NCBI GenBank assembly: GCA_030619905.1
Contig: JAUXAO010000002.1
Span: 65,193-129,192, forward strand
DNA: 64,000 nt
Reading direction: 5' to 3'
From: a bacterium
GTDB lineage: Bacteria > Patescibacteriota > Minisyncoccia > Minisyncoccales > CG1-02-41-26
This document shows, in pieces, positions 27,699 through 35,625 of this stretch (position 1 is its first letter; each line of letters opens with the position of its first letter). The notes beneath the pieces are model-generated. The model was not told the DNA's origin. It saw only the letters and a list, made by a program, of their open reading frames with translations, and made no database searches. Both the position numbers and the translations under genes were made by a program.

Positions 27699-28142
27699 TT
27701 AACTAATTTTACTTAAATCTCCGTTAAGAATAACAGGCCTTACTCCCAATATCTCTTCTTTATAAGATAGTTCTGGAATTTGATTTAAAAGATAAATTTT
27801 CTTTTTTAAGAAAAAGGCGAGACCCATCTCCATTAAAGTGTTACCGCCAATGTAACCCTTAACATCGTTTTTATCGTAATTGGCAACTAAAATAGCATCT
27901 GACCGAGCAACTTTCTCAAAATGCTCAAGAACAACTTCTGCTTTTCTATCCCAAACCCATTTTTCATTTTCGTCAGCTGTCCGTCTTATTTTGTAGTATT
28001 CTTTAGCCGAAATTAATTGTCCTTTTTCATCTCTTAATTTAAGACGCCATATCTCTACTTCGTGTCCCAATTTTTCTAATTTTTCTTTTACAGAAAGCAC
28101 TTCATCTTGAAATGCAATACTGCCACAGATTGTTATTTTCAT
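27699..28142 (-). CDS. hypothetical protein, possibly with a nucleoside 2-deoxyribosyltransferase-like fold
   Basis: MKITICGSIAF..(helix)..LGHEV start and a later GGNTLMEMG resemble Rossmann-like NDT/DNPH1-clan proteins. This is a weak, memory-based call. Confidence 0.35.
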   Translation of the reverse strand: MKITICGSIAFQDEVLSVKEKLEKLGHEVEIWRLKLRDEKGQLISAKEYYKIRRTADENEKWVWDRKAEVVLEHFEKVARSDAILVANYDKNDVKGYIGGNTLMEMGLAFFLKKKIYLLNQIPELSYKEEILGVRPVILNGDLSKIS

Positions 28143-28304
28143 AGTGAAACTAAAAAAGTTAGAGATTATCCTTCTTTATAACCTAGTTGCTTTAACATTT
28201 CAACTATTGTTTCTAATGGATTGCCTCCCAAAAGGTTGTAATAACTTCCTTCTATTTTCTTCACAAACAAAGCACTGTAATGTTTTGTTTGAGAAGATAA
28301 GGGA

Positions 28305-29573
28305 TTACTGGCAGCCAAGTAAATCTTTTATTTGCTCAAAGGTTCTGTATCCAATATATACTTTTTCATCAATAACAAATGTTGGAACTCCTGAAAATTC
28401 ATGCTGAATTGGCCCAATCGTAACATCAACCTGATTCACCTTTACTCCCAATTCTTCAATTCTCTCAATTGTTCCATCGTCTTTTACCTTTTGGCAAGAG
28501 CCACATCCTTCAGAATAATAAAAAACCATCTCTTTAAATTCACATTCCAACTCTTCCAATGGTATCTCTGTAGTTTCTTCTTCTGTCTGGGGCTCTGTTG
28601 TTCTTCTCTCCTGCATTTCTTCTTCTGACAAAGTAGGCGCGGCAGAAGTCGTTACTGTAGTAGTAAAAAGAACAAGAAAACACTCGTCTGGTGTTGTTAC
28701 TCCCGCTTCCCTGCATCTATTTCCAACCGATGAACATATCTCTGGCGTTCCTCCTACTTCCATACAGAAATCCTCAATCTGTTCAAACGATTGAAAACCC
28801 TGAAGAGGAATTTTCTCACAGATCTCTGGTGGTAGTCCTCCCTCCTCTGTACAGAAAAAAGCTTTAAGCGATTCAGAGCTCTGAAGATCATTCACAAGTG
28901 ATGCACATATCTCTGGTGGTGTTCCTTGTTCTATACAGAAAGCTCTAAACCATTCAAAGCGTTGAACCCTCATTTGAATTCTCTCTCTTACCTCTACTGG
29001 AACCTCTATTGGCAGAAGAACTTCTTCTGGAACTTCGCCCAAAGCATTTTGTGCTTTTAATGCCTCAACTGCTTTTTCGTGTCCCTTTACTGAAACCTTC
29101 ATTGCATTTTCAACGGCAGGTTTCGCCTCCTCGGGAACTTTCTCATAAACTTCAGCCAAAACCTCTAAATGAATATGTGTTGTCTTCCCGGCTTTAGCTA
29201 GGACTTCCATAACTTTTTCAGTATTCTCACCTTTAGCCATAGCTTTTTCTGCCCTGGCTATACTATTATTTAATTGCATTTCATATCTTTCCAGGGTTTT
29301 TTCTGCGAATTCTGGCTTTCCTTTATCTACCACAGCTTTTGCTTCAGCCAGTCTTTCAGCAGCTAAAGTAGCATATCTTTCAGCTTTTTTTAGATCGCCA
29401 AAAGTAAAGAAAGTGCCAATCTCTTCGGCAATTATCTCCAGAAAATAGAATAGACTGTCAGGAGTAAGTCCCGGACTTGGAAGTTCTATTCCCTGAGCTA
29501 AAACTCCTGATCCGAGAGAGAATAGAAATATTGAGGTTATTAGTATAGATATTACTTTCATAATTTGCTTCAT
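28305..29573 (-). CDS. secreted DUF5667-like protein with Cys-repeat linker and C-terminal glutaredoxin/thioredoxin-like domain
   Basis: Signal peptide, then PSPGLTPDSLFYFLE (DUF5667-type). Three C..(E/Q/V)GG(L/T)PPEIC repeats follow, then a C-terminal GCGSCQK...GVPTFVIDEKVYIGY. Confidence 0.6.
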   Translation of the reverse strand: MKQIMKVISILITSIFLFSLGSGVLAQGIELPSPGLTPDSLFYFLEIIAEEIGTFFTFGDLKKAERYATLAAERLAEAKAVVDKGKPEFAEKTLERYEMQLNNSIARAEKAMAKGENTEKVMEVLAKAGKTTHIHLEVLAEVYEKVPEEAKPAVENAMKVSVKGHEKAVEALKAQNALGEVPEEVLLPIEVPVEVRERIQMRVQRFEWFRAFCIEQGTPPEICASLVNDLQSSESLKAFFCTEEGGLPPEICEKIPLQGFQSFEQIEDFCMEVGGTPEICSSVGNRCREAGVTTPDECFLVLFTTTVTTSAAPTLSEEEMQERRTTEPQTEEETTEIPLEELECEFKEMVFYYSEGCGSCQKVKDDGTIERIEELGVKVNQVDVTIGPIQHEFSGVPTFVIDEKVYIGYRTFEQIKDLLGCQ

Positions 29574-29605
29574 TGCTTTTTATATTTTGCTGACCTTTTA
29601 TCTTT

Positions 29606-29635
29606 ATTCTATCAAAAAATCGCCTTCTTGGCGAG
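29606..29635 (-). promoter_or_regulatory. terminator plus extended -10 module (copy E)
   Basis: Minus strand reads CTCGCC-AAGAA-GGCGA TTTTTT GA TAGAAT. The hairpin sequence is the same as in copy D. Confidence 0.5.
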
Positions 29636-29721
29636 GGGAGGCGGATTGCGTATAACGTTTCGGGATAAAAGAAGTTGGGCGAAGCGTAGCGAAGCCGTAT
29701 AGCCCCCGTGTTAAATACAAT

Positions 29722-29733
29722 AAAATGCCCCAC
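29722..29733. repeat. left arm of the perfect 12-bp inverted repeat flanking the cupin gene
   Basis: The plus strand AAAATGCCCCAC is the exact reverse complement of 30213-30224. Confidence 0.7.
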
Positions 29734-30176
29734 TATCGAACTATATACTCATTTTCATCAGCTGATGTACTATTAGTCGATGCTAGAACTAATAATAATC
29801 CAGTATTATCTTTAGAAATAACTTTATGTGAGATTCCTGTACGAATATAAATTCCTTTATTATCATTTCCATTCATTGAAATAACTTCTTTTTCTTTTGT
29901 TAAAATATCTTCTAAAAAAAATTCAAAAGAACCTTGCAAAGGAATTAATATTTCTTCTTTTATTTTATGATAATGATTTCCAGACACATTATCCTTTTCA
30001 AGAAATTTTGAAAGATATGAATATTTTACTTGAAATTTAAAAGGAAATCTTTCATCATATATTGGCATAAATAATCTTCCTTTTTTGGAGGCTCTAAAGT
30101 TCAACCAATATATTGTAGACAAATTAGTATCTTCTTGTTTTATTGGTTTTGAATATTGATCTAATGAATTATCCAT
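29733..30176 (-). CDS. cupin-fold protein, WxcM/FdtA-like (sugar ketoisomerase-like)
   Basis: Pattern KGRLF...FPF....Y........GNHYHK..EEILIPLQGSF.....D.....GIYI..G..H.......LLVLAS is typical of WxcM-like cupins. Confidence 0.5.
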   Translation of the reverse strand: MDNSLDQYSKPIKQEDTNLSTIYWLNFRASKKGRLFMPIYDERFPFKFQVKYSYLSKFLEKDNVSGNHYHKIKEEILIPLQGSFEFFLEDILTKEKEVISMNGNDNKGIYIRTGISHKVISKDNTGLLLVLASTNSTSADENEYIVR

Positions 30177-30212
30177 AAATTAGAAGAAATCAAGGTACTA
30201 TTTAAAGTTAAC

Positions 30213-30224
30213 GTGGGGCATTTT
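30213..30224. repeat. right arm of the perfect 12-bp inverted repeat flanking the cupin gene
   Basis: Plus strand GTGGGGCATTTT, followed by more Ts. Confidence 0.7.
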
Positions 30225-30310
30225 TTTACTCTTCGGAATTTTTTGACTTTGTCAAAAACCGTCTTACAGACTATTCCTCGTCCGGGAGTGGAACTCGAAC
30301 CTATAACTTA

Positions 30311-30383
30311 TGGCCCCAACCGGAGTCGAACCGGTATTACCAGCTTGAGAAGCTGAGGTCCTGAACCATTAGACGATAGGGCC
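30311..30383 (-). tRNA. tRNA-Glu (anticodon CUC)
   Basis: Hand-folded cloverleaf: GGCCCTA/TGGGGCC acceptor, D arm GTCT-AATGGTTCA-GGAC, anticodon arm TCAGC-TTCTCAA-GCTGG, T arm ACCGG-TTCGACT-CCGGT, discriminator A. Confidence 0.85.
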
Positions 30384-30433
30384 AAGTTTTTTTATCTTAT
30401 CATAAACAAGAAATAATTAGTAGAGATATTTAA

Positions 30434-32107
30434 TTATTCGTAGTCAGGGGGTATTTGCCACAAATCAATAATGTATTTTGCCAATTTCCCGAATAATGGA
30501 GCAGCTGAATATCCTGAGGTTGTCACTTCTTTTGGATTATTTAATTTTACAAAAATCAAAACTCTGGGATTCATGGCAGGAAAAAAACCCAAAAAACCAT
30601 GTATGGTTTCATCCTCTAGATATCCTCCTTGTTTTGAAGGAACCTGAGATGTTCCTGTTTTTCCAGCAATAAAATATCCATTAACACCTGCTCTTTTCGC
30701 ATATCCATTATCAATTACACTTACCATCATCGAGGTAAGCTTGGCAGCTGTGGTTTCAGAGATAACTTCCCCTTGAACTTCTGGCTGGATTTTAATCTTT
30801 TCTCCATTATCTTTAATTATTTTCTCAACAACGTAAGGTTTCATTAATTTACCTCCATTGGCTATTGCTCCGAAGGCTCTGACCAATTGAATAGGAGTGA
30901 TCTCGACTCCCTGGCCAAAAGAAGCAGTGGCAAAATCTCTGGGATAACCGTTTTTTAAAGTTTCATTTGAAGAAAACTCTTCTCCTTGCAAATCAATTTT
31001 AGTTTTTTCAAAAAAGCCAAATCTTTCCAGATACTTTAAAAAAAGTTTTCCTCCAAGTTCTTGCCCCACGAATACTGCTCCCGTATTAATTGATTTCTCC
31101 AAAACATTTGTCATTGTCTGCTCTCCCCAAACTCTTTTTTCATAATTATAAATAATAGGCCCTCCCACACTTACATATCCCTTATCTTCATAAGTTGTTT
31201 CTGGAGTTATTAAATCTTCTTCTAAGGCTGCAGCCATTGTTATGGCTTTAAAAACTGAACCTGGTTCAAAAAGTCTTTGAACTACTCCATTGCGAAAGAT
31301 TTCAAGATCTGTTTCTTTTTGGTATTCGTTTGGATTAAAACTGGGAAAAGTTGCTAAGCTAATTATCTTCCCGGTTGCTGGCTCCATTACTATTATCTCT
31401 CCTGAATCAATATCCCATTTTTCTTTGGCTTCTTTTAGTATTTTCTCAGAAAAAAATTGGATATTGTAATCCAATGTTAAAACAAGACTGGAACCATGCT
31501 CTGGCGGATTAAGATCGTCTTCTTCAGAAAATGAAGTTAAATATCCTAAAGGAGATCTTTGTCCTTTTTCAAAACCTTGTTTTCCTTTTAATATGTCATC
31601 AAAATAACCTTCAATTCCATATTGGCCATCCCCTTCTTCATTAACAAAACCTATTAGAGAGGCAGCCAAAAAGTTCTCAGCATAGAATCTTTTTTGTATT
31701 TCATCTCCATATACTCCTCTAATATTTTGTTTTCTTAATTCTTCAAATTGTTGATCGCTAACTTCTTTTTTAAAAGTTTTATTCTCCTGCAGGTCAGCCA
31801 GAATTTCTTCTTTGGGCTGATTAAAGATTGTTTCTAAAATCTCAGCTGTTTCCTCTTTGTTCTCTATTTTTTCTGGAAAGACATATATTATATTTTTCTT
31901 GATATTTTGAGCTAAAATCTTTTTTCCGTCTTCCAAAAAAAAATTGCCTCTTTCCCCTATTGATTCTTTTAGAGACAACTGTTGTCCTTTAGCTATTACC
32001 TGCCAATAATCTCCATTTTTGATTTGAAGAAAAAACAATCGGTTCCCAATTATTAACGAGAAAAAACAGAATAAAAAAAATATAAAATAGACTCCTATTC
32101 TTTTCAT
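30434..32107 (-). CDS. ftsI: penicillin-binding protein 2/3-type peptidoglycan D,D-transpeptidase
   Basis: N-terminal TM, PBP dimerisation domain, SxxK (SVFK), SxN (SIN) and KTG (KTGTS) motifs, in dcw context. Confidence 0.85.
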   Translation of the reverse strand: MKRIGVYFIFFLFCFFSLIIGNRLFFLQIKNGDYWQVIAKGQQLSLKESIGERGNFFLEDGKKILAQNIKKNIIYVFPEKIENKEETAEILETIFNQPKEEILADLQENKTFKKEVSDQQFEELRKQNIRGVYGDEIQKRFYAENFLAASLIGFVNEEGDGQYGIEGYFDDILKGKQGFEKGQRSPLGYLTSFSEEDDLNPPEHGSSLVLTLDYNIQFFSEKILKEAKEKWDIDSGEIIVMEPATGKIISLATFPSFNPNEYQKETDLEIFRNGVVQRLFEPGSVFKAITMAAALEEDLITPETTYEDKGYVSVGGPIIYNYEKRVWGEQTMTNVLEKSINTGAVFVGQELGGKLFLKYLERFGFFEKTKIDLQGEEFSSNETLKNGYPRDFATASFGQGVEITPIQLVRAFGAIANGGKLMKPYVVEKIIKDNGEKIKIQPEVQGEVISETTAAKLTSMMVSVIDNGYAKRAGVNGYFIAGKTGTSQVPSKQGGYLEDETIHGFLGFFPAMNPRVLIFVKLNNPKEVTTSGYSAAPLFGKLAKYIIDLWQIPPDYE

Positions 32108-32109
32108 TT

Positions 32110-32451
32110 TTACTCTGTTTTCTTTACTAGATAATCCTGAGAAACAATGATATATCTTACCTCTTCAACTTTTACTAGATTGAGGTTTTCGATTCTCTTT
32201 TCTATATTTTCCAGAGAATTAAGACCAACAGCTTCTATCTCAAGAAAAGAATTATTTCTAGAAACGTCTGTAATCGTCTGCCCATACTTTTCTACCTGAT
32301 ATTCTTTGCTTATAATCGCCTGAACTTGAAAAACATAGAAGCTTAAGGAAAAAACTAACAAAACAATTCCTAGTAAGGCAATCTTTTTAAAATTCAAAGT
32401 TAATGAAGGACAAGTAGGAATTAAAGGAAAATGTAAGATTAAAGAATTCAT
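32110..32451 (-). CDS. ftsL: small bitopic membrane protein in the FtsL position
   Basis: One TM followed by a short extracytoplasmic domain, located between rsmH and ftsI. The call rests on position only. Confidence 0.4.
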   Translation of the reverse strand: MNSLILHFPLIPTCPSLTLNFKKIALLGIVLLVFSLSFYVFQVQAIISKEYQVEKYGQTITDVSRNNSFLEIEAVGLNSLENIEKRIENLNLVKVEEVRYIIVSQDYLVKKTE

Positions 32452-33338
32452 ATTCTAATGCCTGCTCTTAACTTCGCTGACCTCGACCTTTTATTAGTTT
32501 TAATCTCTTCAAAACAAGGCTTAATTGGTTTTTTTGTTTGTATCTTGATAAGTCCTTGTTTTGCTTTTTCTTTTAAAAAGTTTTTAACAATTCTGTCTTC
32601 TAAAGAATGAAAAGAAATAATTACCAATCTTCCCTCTTTTTCTAATATATCTAATGCTTTAGTCAAGCCTTGTTTAATTGTTTCTAATTCATCATTGACA
32701 GTAATCCTTAAGGCCTGAAAAGTTTTGGTGGCAGAATGGATTCTTTTCTTTTGATACCAAGAAGGAGTTGATCTTTTAATAATCTCTACTAGTTGAAAAG
32801 TACTTTTAATTGGATTTTTCTTTCTTGCTTGAATAATTTCTTGGGCAATCTTTCTTGAAAATCTTTCTTCTCCATATTCTTTTAAAATCTGCTCAATTTC
32901 TTTTTCTGGCCATTCATTGATAATATTTTCAGCTGTTAGATGTTTTTGATTTTTGTCGTACCGCATATCCAAGAGTTCGTCTTTTTGAAAACTGAATCCT
33001 CTGCCACTTTCTTCCAGATGTTGGCTAGATATTCCTAAGTCAAACAAGATTCCATTGATCGGTTTAAAATTATGTTCCTCAACAATATTTTTAAGGTTGG
33101 CATAAGAATCATTTACTAAAATCAATCTGTTTTTAAGCTCAATGTTTGATGTTCGAAGTTTGGCGTTTTCTATCTGTGCTGGATCAATATCTATGCCTAG
33201 AACTTTTCCCTTGGGTTTATTTTCTCTAAGGATCAAAGCCGTATGACCTCCCTGTCCAAAAGTAGCATCAATAAAGTTTTCATTCGGTTTAGGATCAAGA
33301 TACTGAATAACTTCCTTTTGGAGAACTGGAATGTGCAT
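32448..33338 (-). CDS. rsmH: 16S rRNA (cytosine1402-N4)-methyltransferase
   Basis: MHIPVLQKEV..DATFGQGGH..DLGISS motifs. Confidence 0.9.
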   Translation of the reverse strand: MHIPVLQKEVIQYLDPKPNENFIDATFGQGGHTALILRENKPKGKVLGIDIDPAQIENAKLRTSNIELKNRLILVNDSYANLKNIVEEHNFKPINGILFDLGISSQHLEESGRGFSFQKDELLDMRYDKNQKHLTAENIINEWPEKEIEQILKEYGEERFSRKIAQEIIQARKKNPIKSTFQLVEIIKRSTPSWYQKKRIHSATKTFQALRITVNDELETIKQGLTKALDILEKEGRLVIISFHSLEDRIVKNFLKEKAKQGLIKIQTKKPIKPCFEEIKTNKRSRSAKLRAGIRI

Positions 33339-33343
33339 ATTTT

Positions 33344-33775
33344 TTATATTCCTAGCTCTTTTAATCTTTCAGCTATATCCCCTGCTTCTTTTTCTGTTTT
33401 CTCCTTATATGTTTCCCATTTCTTCTCATCCCAAATTTCAATTCGATTATATAATCCAGCTACTACTGCTTTCTTACTCAAACAAGCATATTTCTTTAAA
33501 TAATCAGGAACTAAAATTCTACCCAATCTATCTAAATTCACTTCCATTGCTCCAGCCAGCATAATTCTGACAAATCCCCTGGCATCTGCCTGAGCTAAAG
33601 GCAATTGAGAAAGCTTTTTAGCCAGCTTTTCCCATTCCTTGGCAGGATATAAGAATAAACAATTATCAAGGCCGCGAGTAATCACTGCTTTTTTAGCTAG
33701 AGCCTGGCGAAACTTTGTTGGAATAGCTAATCGTTTCTTATTATCGATTGTGTATTTGTATTCTCCTAAGAACAT
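33344..33775 (-). CDS. mraZ: division/cell wall cluster transcriptional regulator MraZ
   Basis: MFLGEY..T.D.K.R..IP..FR plus a second SpoVT/AbrB-like repeat (LD.LGRILVP). Confidence 0.9.
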   Translation of the reverse strand: MFLGEYKYTIDNKKRLAIPTKFRQALAKKAVITRGLDNCLFLYPAKEWEKLAKKLSQLPLAQADARGFVRIMLAGAMEVNLDRLGRILVPDYLKKYACLSKKAVVAGLYNRIEIWDEKKWETYKEKTEKEAGDIAERLKELGI

Positions 33776-33789
33776 AATATTATCAGAAG

Positions 33790-33859
33790 TTATTCACAGG
33801 TTTATTGAGTTATCCCCACATTTATCCACAACTTTCCATCTGCCTCCATTTTCGCTCCA
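33790..33859 (-). promoter_or_regulatory. phased TGGNN / TGTGGATAA-type direct repeats over the mraZ promoter and 5' UTR
   Basis: On the minus strand, TGGAG (33859), TGGAG (33848), TGGAA (33838), TGGAT (33828) and TGGGG (33818) start 11, 10, 10 and 10 nt apart. The last two lie inside TGTGGATAA (33830-33822, a 9/9 DnaA box) and TGGGGATAA (33818-33810, 8/9). TGTGAATAA lies at 33798-33790 (8/9). Confidence 0.55.
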
Positions 33860-33876
33860 TTTCTTACCAAAGTCAA
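33848..33876 (-). promoter_or_regulatory. candidate mraZ (dcw) promoter
   Basis: Minus strand reads TTGACT (33876-33871), a 17-nt spacer, then GAAAAT (33853-33848). Confidence 0.4.
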
Positions 33877-33960
33877 CCCCTTTTAAACCACTTTTAAAAA
33901 CATTGATTTTCGTTGAAAACACTGGGAAAATAAGAAAAAACCTTTTATAAAAGGATATTA

Positions 33961-33980
33961 TTTTCCACAGGTTATCCACA
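33961..33980 (-). promoter_or_regulatory. distal pair of TGTGGATAA-type boxes
   Basis: Minus strand reads TGTGGATAA (33980-33972, 9/9) cc TGTGGAAAA (33969-33961, 8/9). They have the same orientation and an 11-nt period. Confidence 0.5.
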
Positions 33981-34053
33981 GTAGCTAATTAAAACTAAAA
34001 CTGCCTTTAAAAAGACAGTTTTAATCTCAAAAATCTTTTAGAGAATTTTACGC

Positions 34054-35616
34054 TTAAACTATTCCTTGAGTTTTAAGTTGAGTAATTTTTCTCTTTAATA
34101 ATTTGTTTGCTCTATATGCTTCTATTTGTTTTTTCCTCTTTTCTGACCATTCGTCAAATCCAATTAGTTCTGATCTAAAAACCCAAAGAATTGTCAGGGT
34201 TATAATTAATGGAAACAAGATAGAGTTTAAAATTCCATTACTTATACCTGTTGGAACATCAGTAACTCCAGCCACTGCTGTTCTTCTAACTATGACCTTA
34301 CAAGTATCGCTGTCAGAAGTTTCCGTATTATATGCCAGAGCAGTATTAATTAAATTAGTTGTTCCATAACTGAATTCACCTTTAGACTCTACTTTTGCTT
34401 CAAAAGTAATTGTTTTTGTCTGACCAGATGATAAATCTCCTATATTAATTGCCTGAGTGCTAATGTTTTTAGAAGAATAAACATTATTTATTCTCAGATT
34501 ACCCTCATAAGTAATATTATCTGGCAAAGTATCTTTTACCATTACGTCTCGAGCTTTTGTACCTCCTGTTGACTCAATCTCTATTTGAAAGAGTAATCTA
34601 TCAGATGGGTCAGCACTTCTATAAGAGTGATACCATTTAGTATCTCCCCTAGAAAGATTCTTAACTGATTTACTAACATTTAAAGAGACGTTAGAATCAT
34701 TTCTTTCTTTAACCAAAACTCTCATACTATCAGAGTCAGTGCGGCCTTCATTATCAGTAACCGTCAGATGACAAGTGTAATGTCTGTCATAACTCACTGA
34801 TGGAGCATTAAAAGTAGGTCGAGCAGTATATCTATTTGAAAGATTACCTCCACTACAAGACCAATAATAAGTTACTGAATATCCATCAGGATCATAACCT
34901 GAACCATTTAAGGTGACAGATTGATTTTCATAAACATTCTTGTCAGAGCCAGCATCTGCAACCGGAGGATCACCTGAATAAGTACTAACATTAATCATTA
35001 CATTATCGCTTACTGAACCACCAGGACCTGAACAAGTAATATTGTAGGTTTTTGAAGAAGTAAGACTCCCTGTTGATTCGGAACCAGAAGTAGATTTTGT
35101 TCCTGACCAGGCGTTGGAAGCATAACAAGAATCAACATTAGATGAAATCCAGATTAAATTGGCTGAAGTATTGTAAGGAATAGTAATCGGTCCGTCAGAA
35201 CCATTGACCTTAATATCAACACTGAGACCAAAAGTAGTAGTAAAAGTCTTATTCTCGCCATAAGAAGTATCGGCACTGTTTCTGGCTACTGCTCTGTAAT
35301 GATAGGTGGTAGAAGGAGATAATCCAGTGACAGTAATACAATAAAAACCTGTTTGTGTTAAAGTCTTTTCAATTGTTTTTTGTCCATACCCCATTGTTTG
35401 TCCATACTCAAACCAAACAGAAGTTGTCAAATCTCCACCCATATCAGTTAATTCTCCAACAAAGATTACTGTAGTTCCGCTCACAGTAGTATTGGCTGGA
35501 CAACTTTCGGCTAAAGCAAAATTAGCAGAAAACAAACTGGTTCCTATTCCAATAAAAATTCCTAAAAATAACAAAACTTTTAAGAATAAAGTTCTTTTAA
35601 TTTTTTTTCTAAACAT
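34054..35616 (-). CDS. large surface protein (FN3-like N-domain, Ig-like domain, PKD-like domain, DUF11-like repeat, C-terminal TM)
   Basis: Signal peptide. The VWFEYGQTMGYG..Y.YRAVARNSADTSYGENKTFTT domain is shared with the 35637 gene. It also has a PKD-like DPDG..YYWS segment and a DUF11-like VMVKDTLPDNITY segment. The C-terminal end reads VPTG + hydrophobic helix + RS, followed by a 40-aa basic tail. Confidence 0.6.
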   Translation of the reverse strand: MFRKKIKRTLFLKVLLFLGIFIGIGTSLFSANFALAESCPANTTVSGTTVIFVGELTDMGGDLTTSVWFEYGQTMGYGQKTIEKTLTQTGFYCITVTGLSPSTTYHYRAVARNSADTSYGENKTFTTTFGLSVDIKVNGSDGPITIPYNTSANLIWISSNVDSCYASNAWSGTKSTSGSESTGSLTSSKTYNITCSGPGGSVSDNVMINVSTYSGDPPVADAGSDKNVYENQSVTLNGSGYDPDGYSVTYYWSCSGGNLSNRYTARPTFNAPSVSYDRHYTCHLTVTDNEGRTDSDSMRVLVKERNDSNVSLNVSKSVKNLSRGDTKWYHSYRSADPSDRLLFQIEIESTGGTKARDVMVKDTLPDNITYEGNLRINNVYSSKNISTQAINIGDLSSGQTKTITFEAKVESKGEFSYGTTNLINTALAYNTETSDSDTCKVIVRRTAVAGVTDVPTGISNGILNSILFPLIITLTILWVFRSELIGFDEWSEKRKKQIEAYRANKLLKRKITQLKTQGIV

Positions 35617-35625
35617 AGTTTTTTT

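Noticed and set aside
29458-29733. Track ORF 29458..29733 (-), 91 aa.
   Set aside because: It spans the GC-rich spacer, the terminator/promoter module and the 5' end of the 28305..29573 gene in another frame. It has no SD and its translation is Arg/Ser-rich and nonsense-like.
30270-30310. I considered whether the GGTTCGAGTTCCACTCC just downstream of tRNA-Glu is a tRNA 3' fragment or att-site duplication.
   Set aside because: I could not fold a T arm, because there is no complementary 5' stem. The sequence does not repeat the 3' end of tRNA-Glu, and no matching repeat was seen at the other end of the GC-rich block.
33639-33979. Track ORFs 33639..33950 (+) and 33794..33979 (-).
   Set aside because: They lie antisense to mraZ or across the regulatory repeat region, have no SD, and give low-complexity translations. 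The repeated TTATCCACA words explain the open frames.
33776-34053. I considered whether the DnaA-box cluster marks the chromosomal replication origin.
   Set aside because: There is no dnaA or dnaN nearby. Genes on both sides run in the same (minus) direction, so there is no strand-bias switch. The proximal boxes fit an MraZ-operator phasing. This cannot be fully excluded without GC skew of the whole contig.
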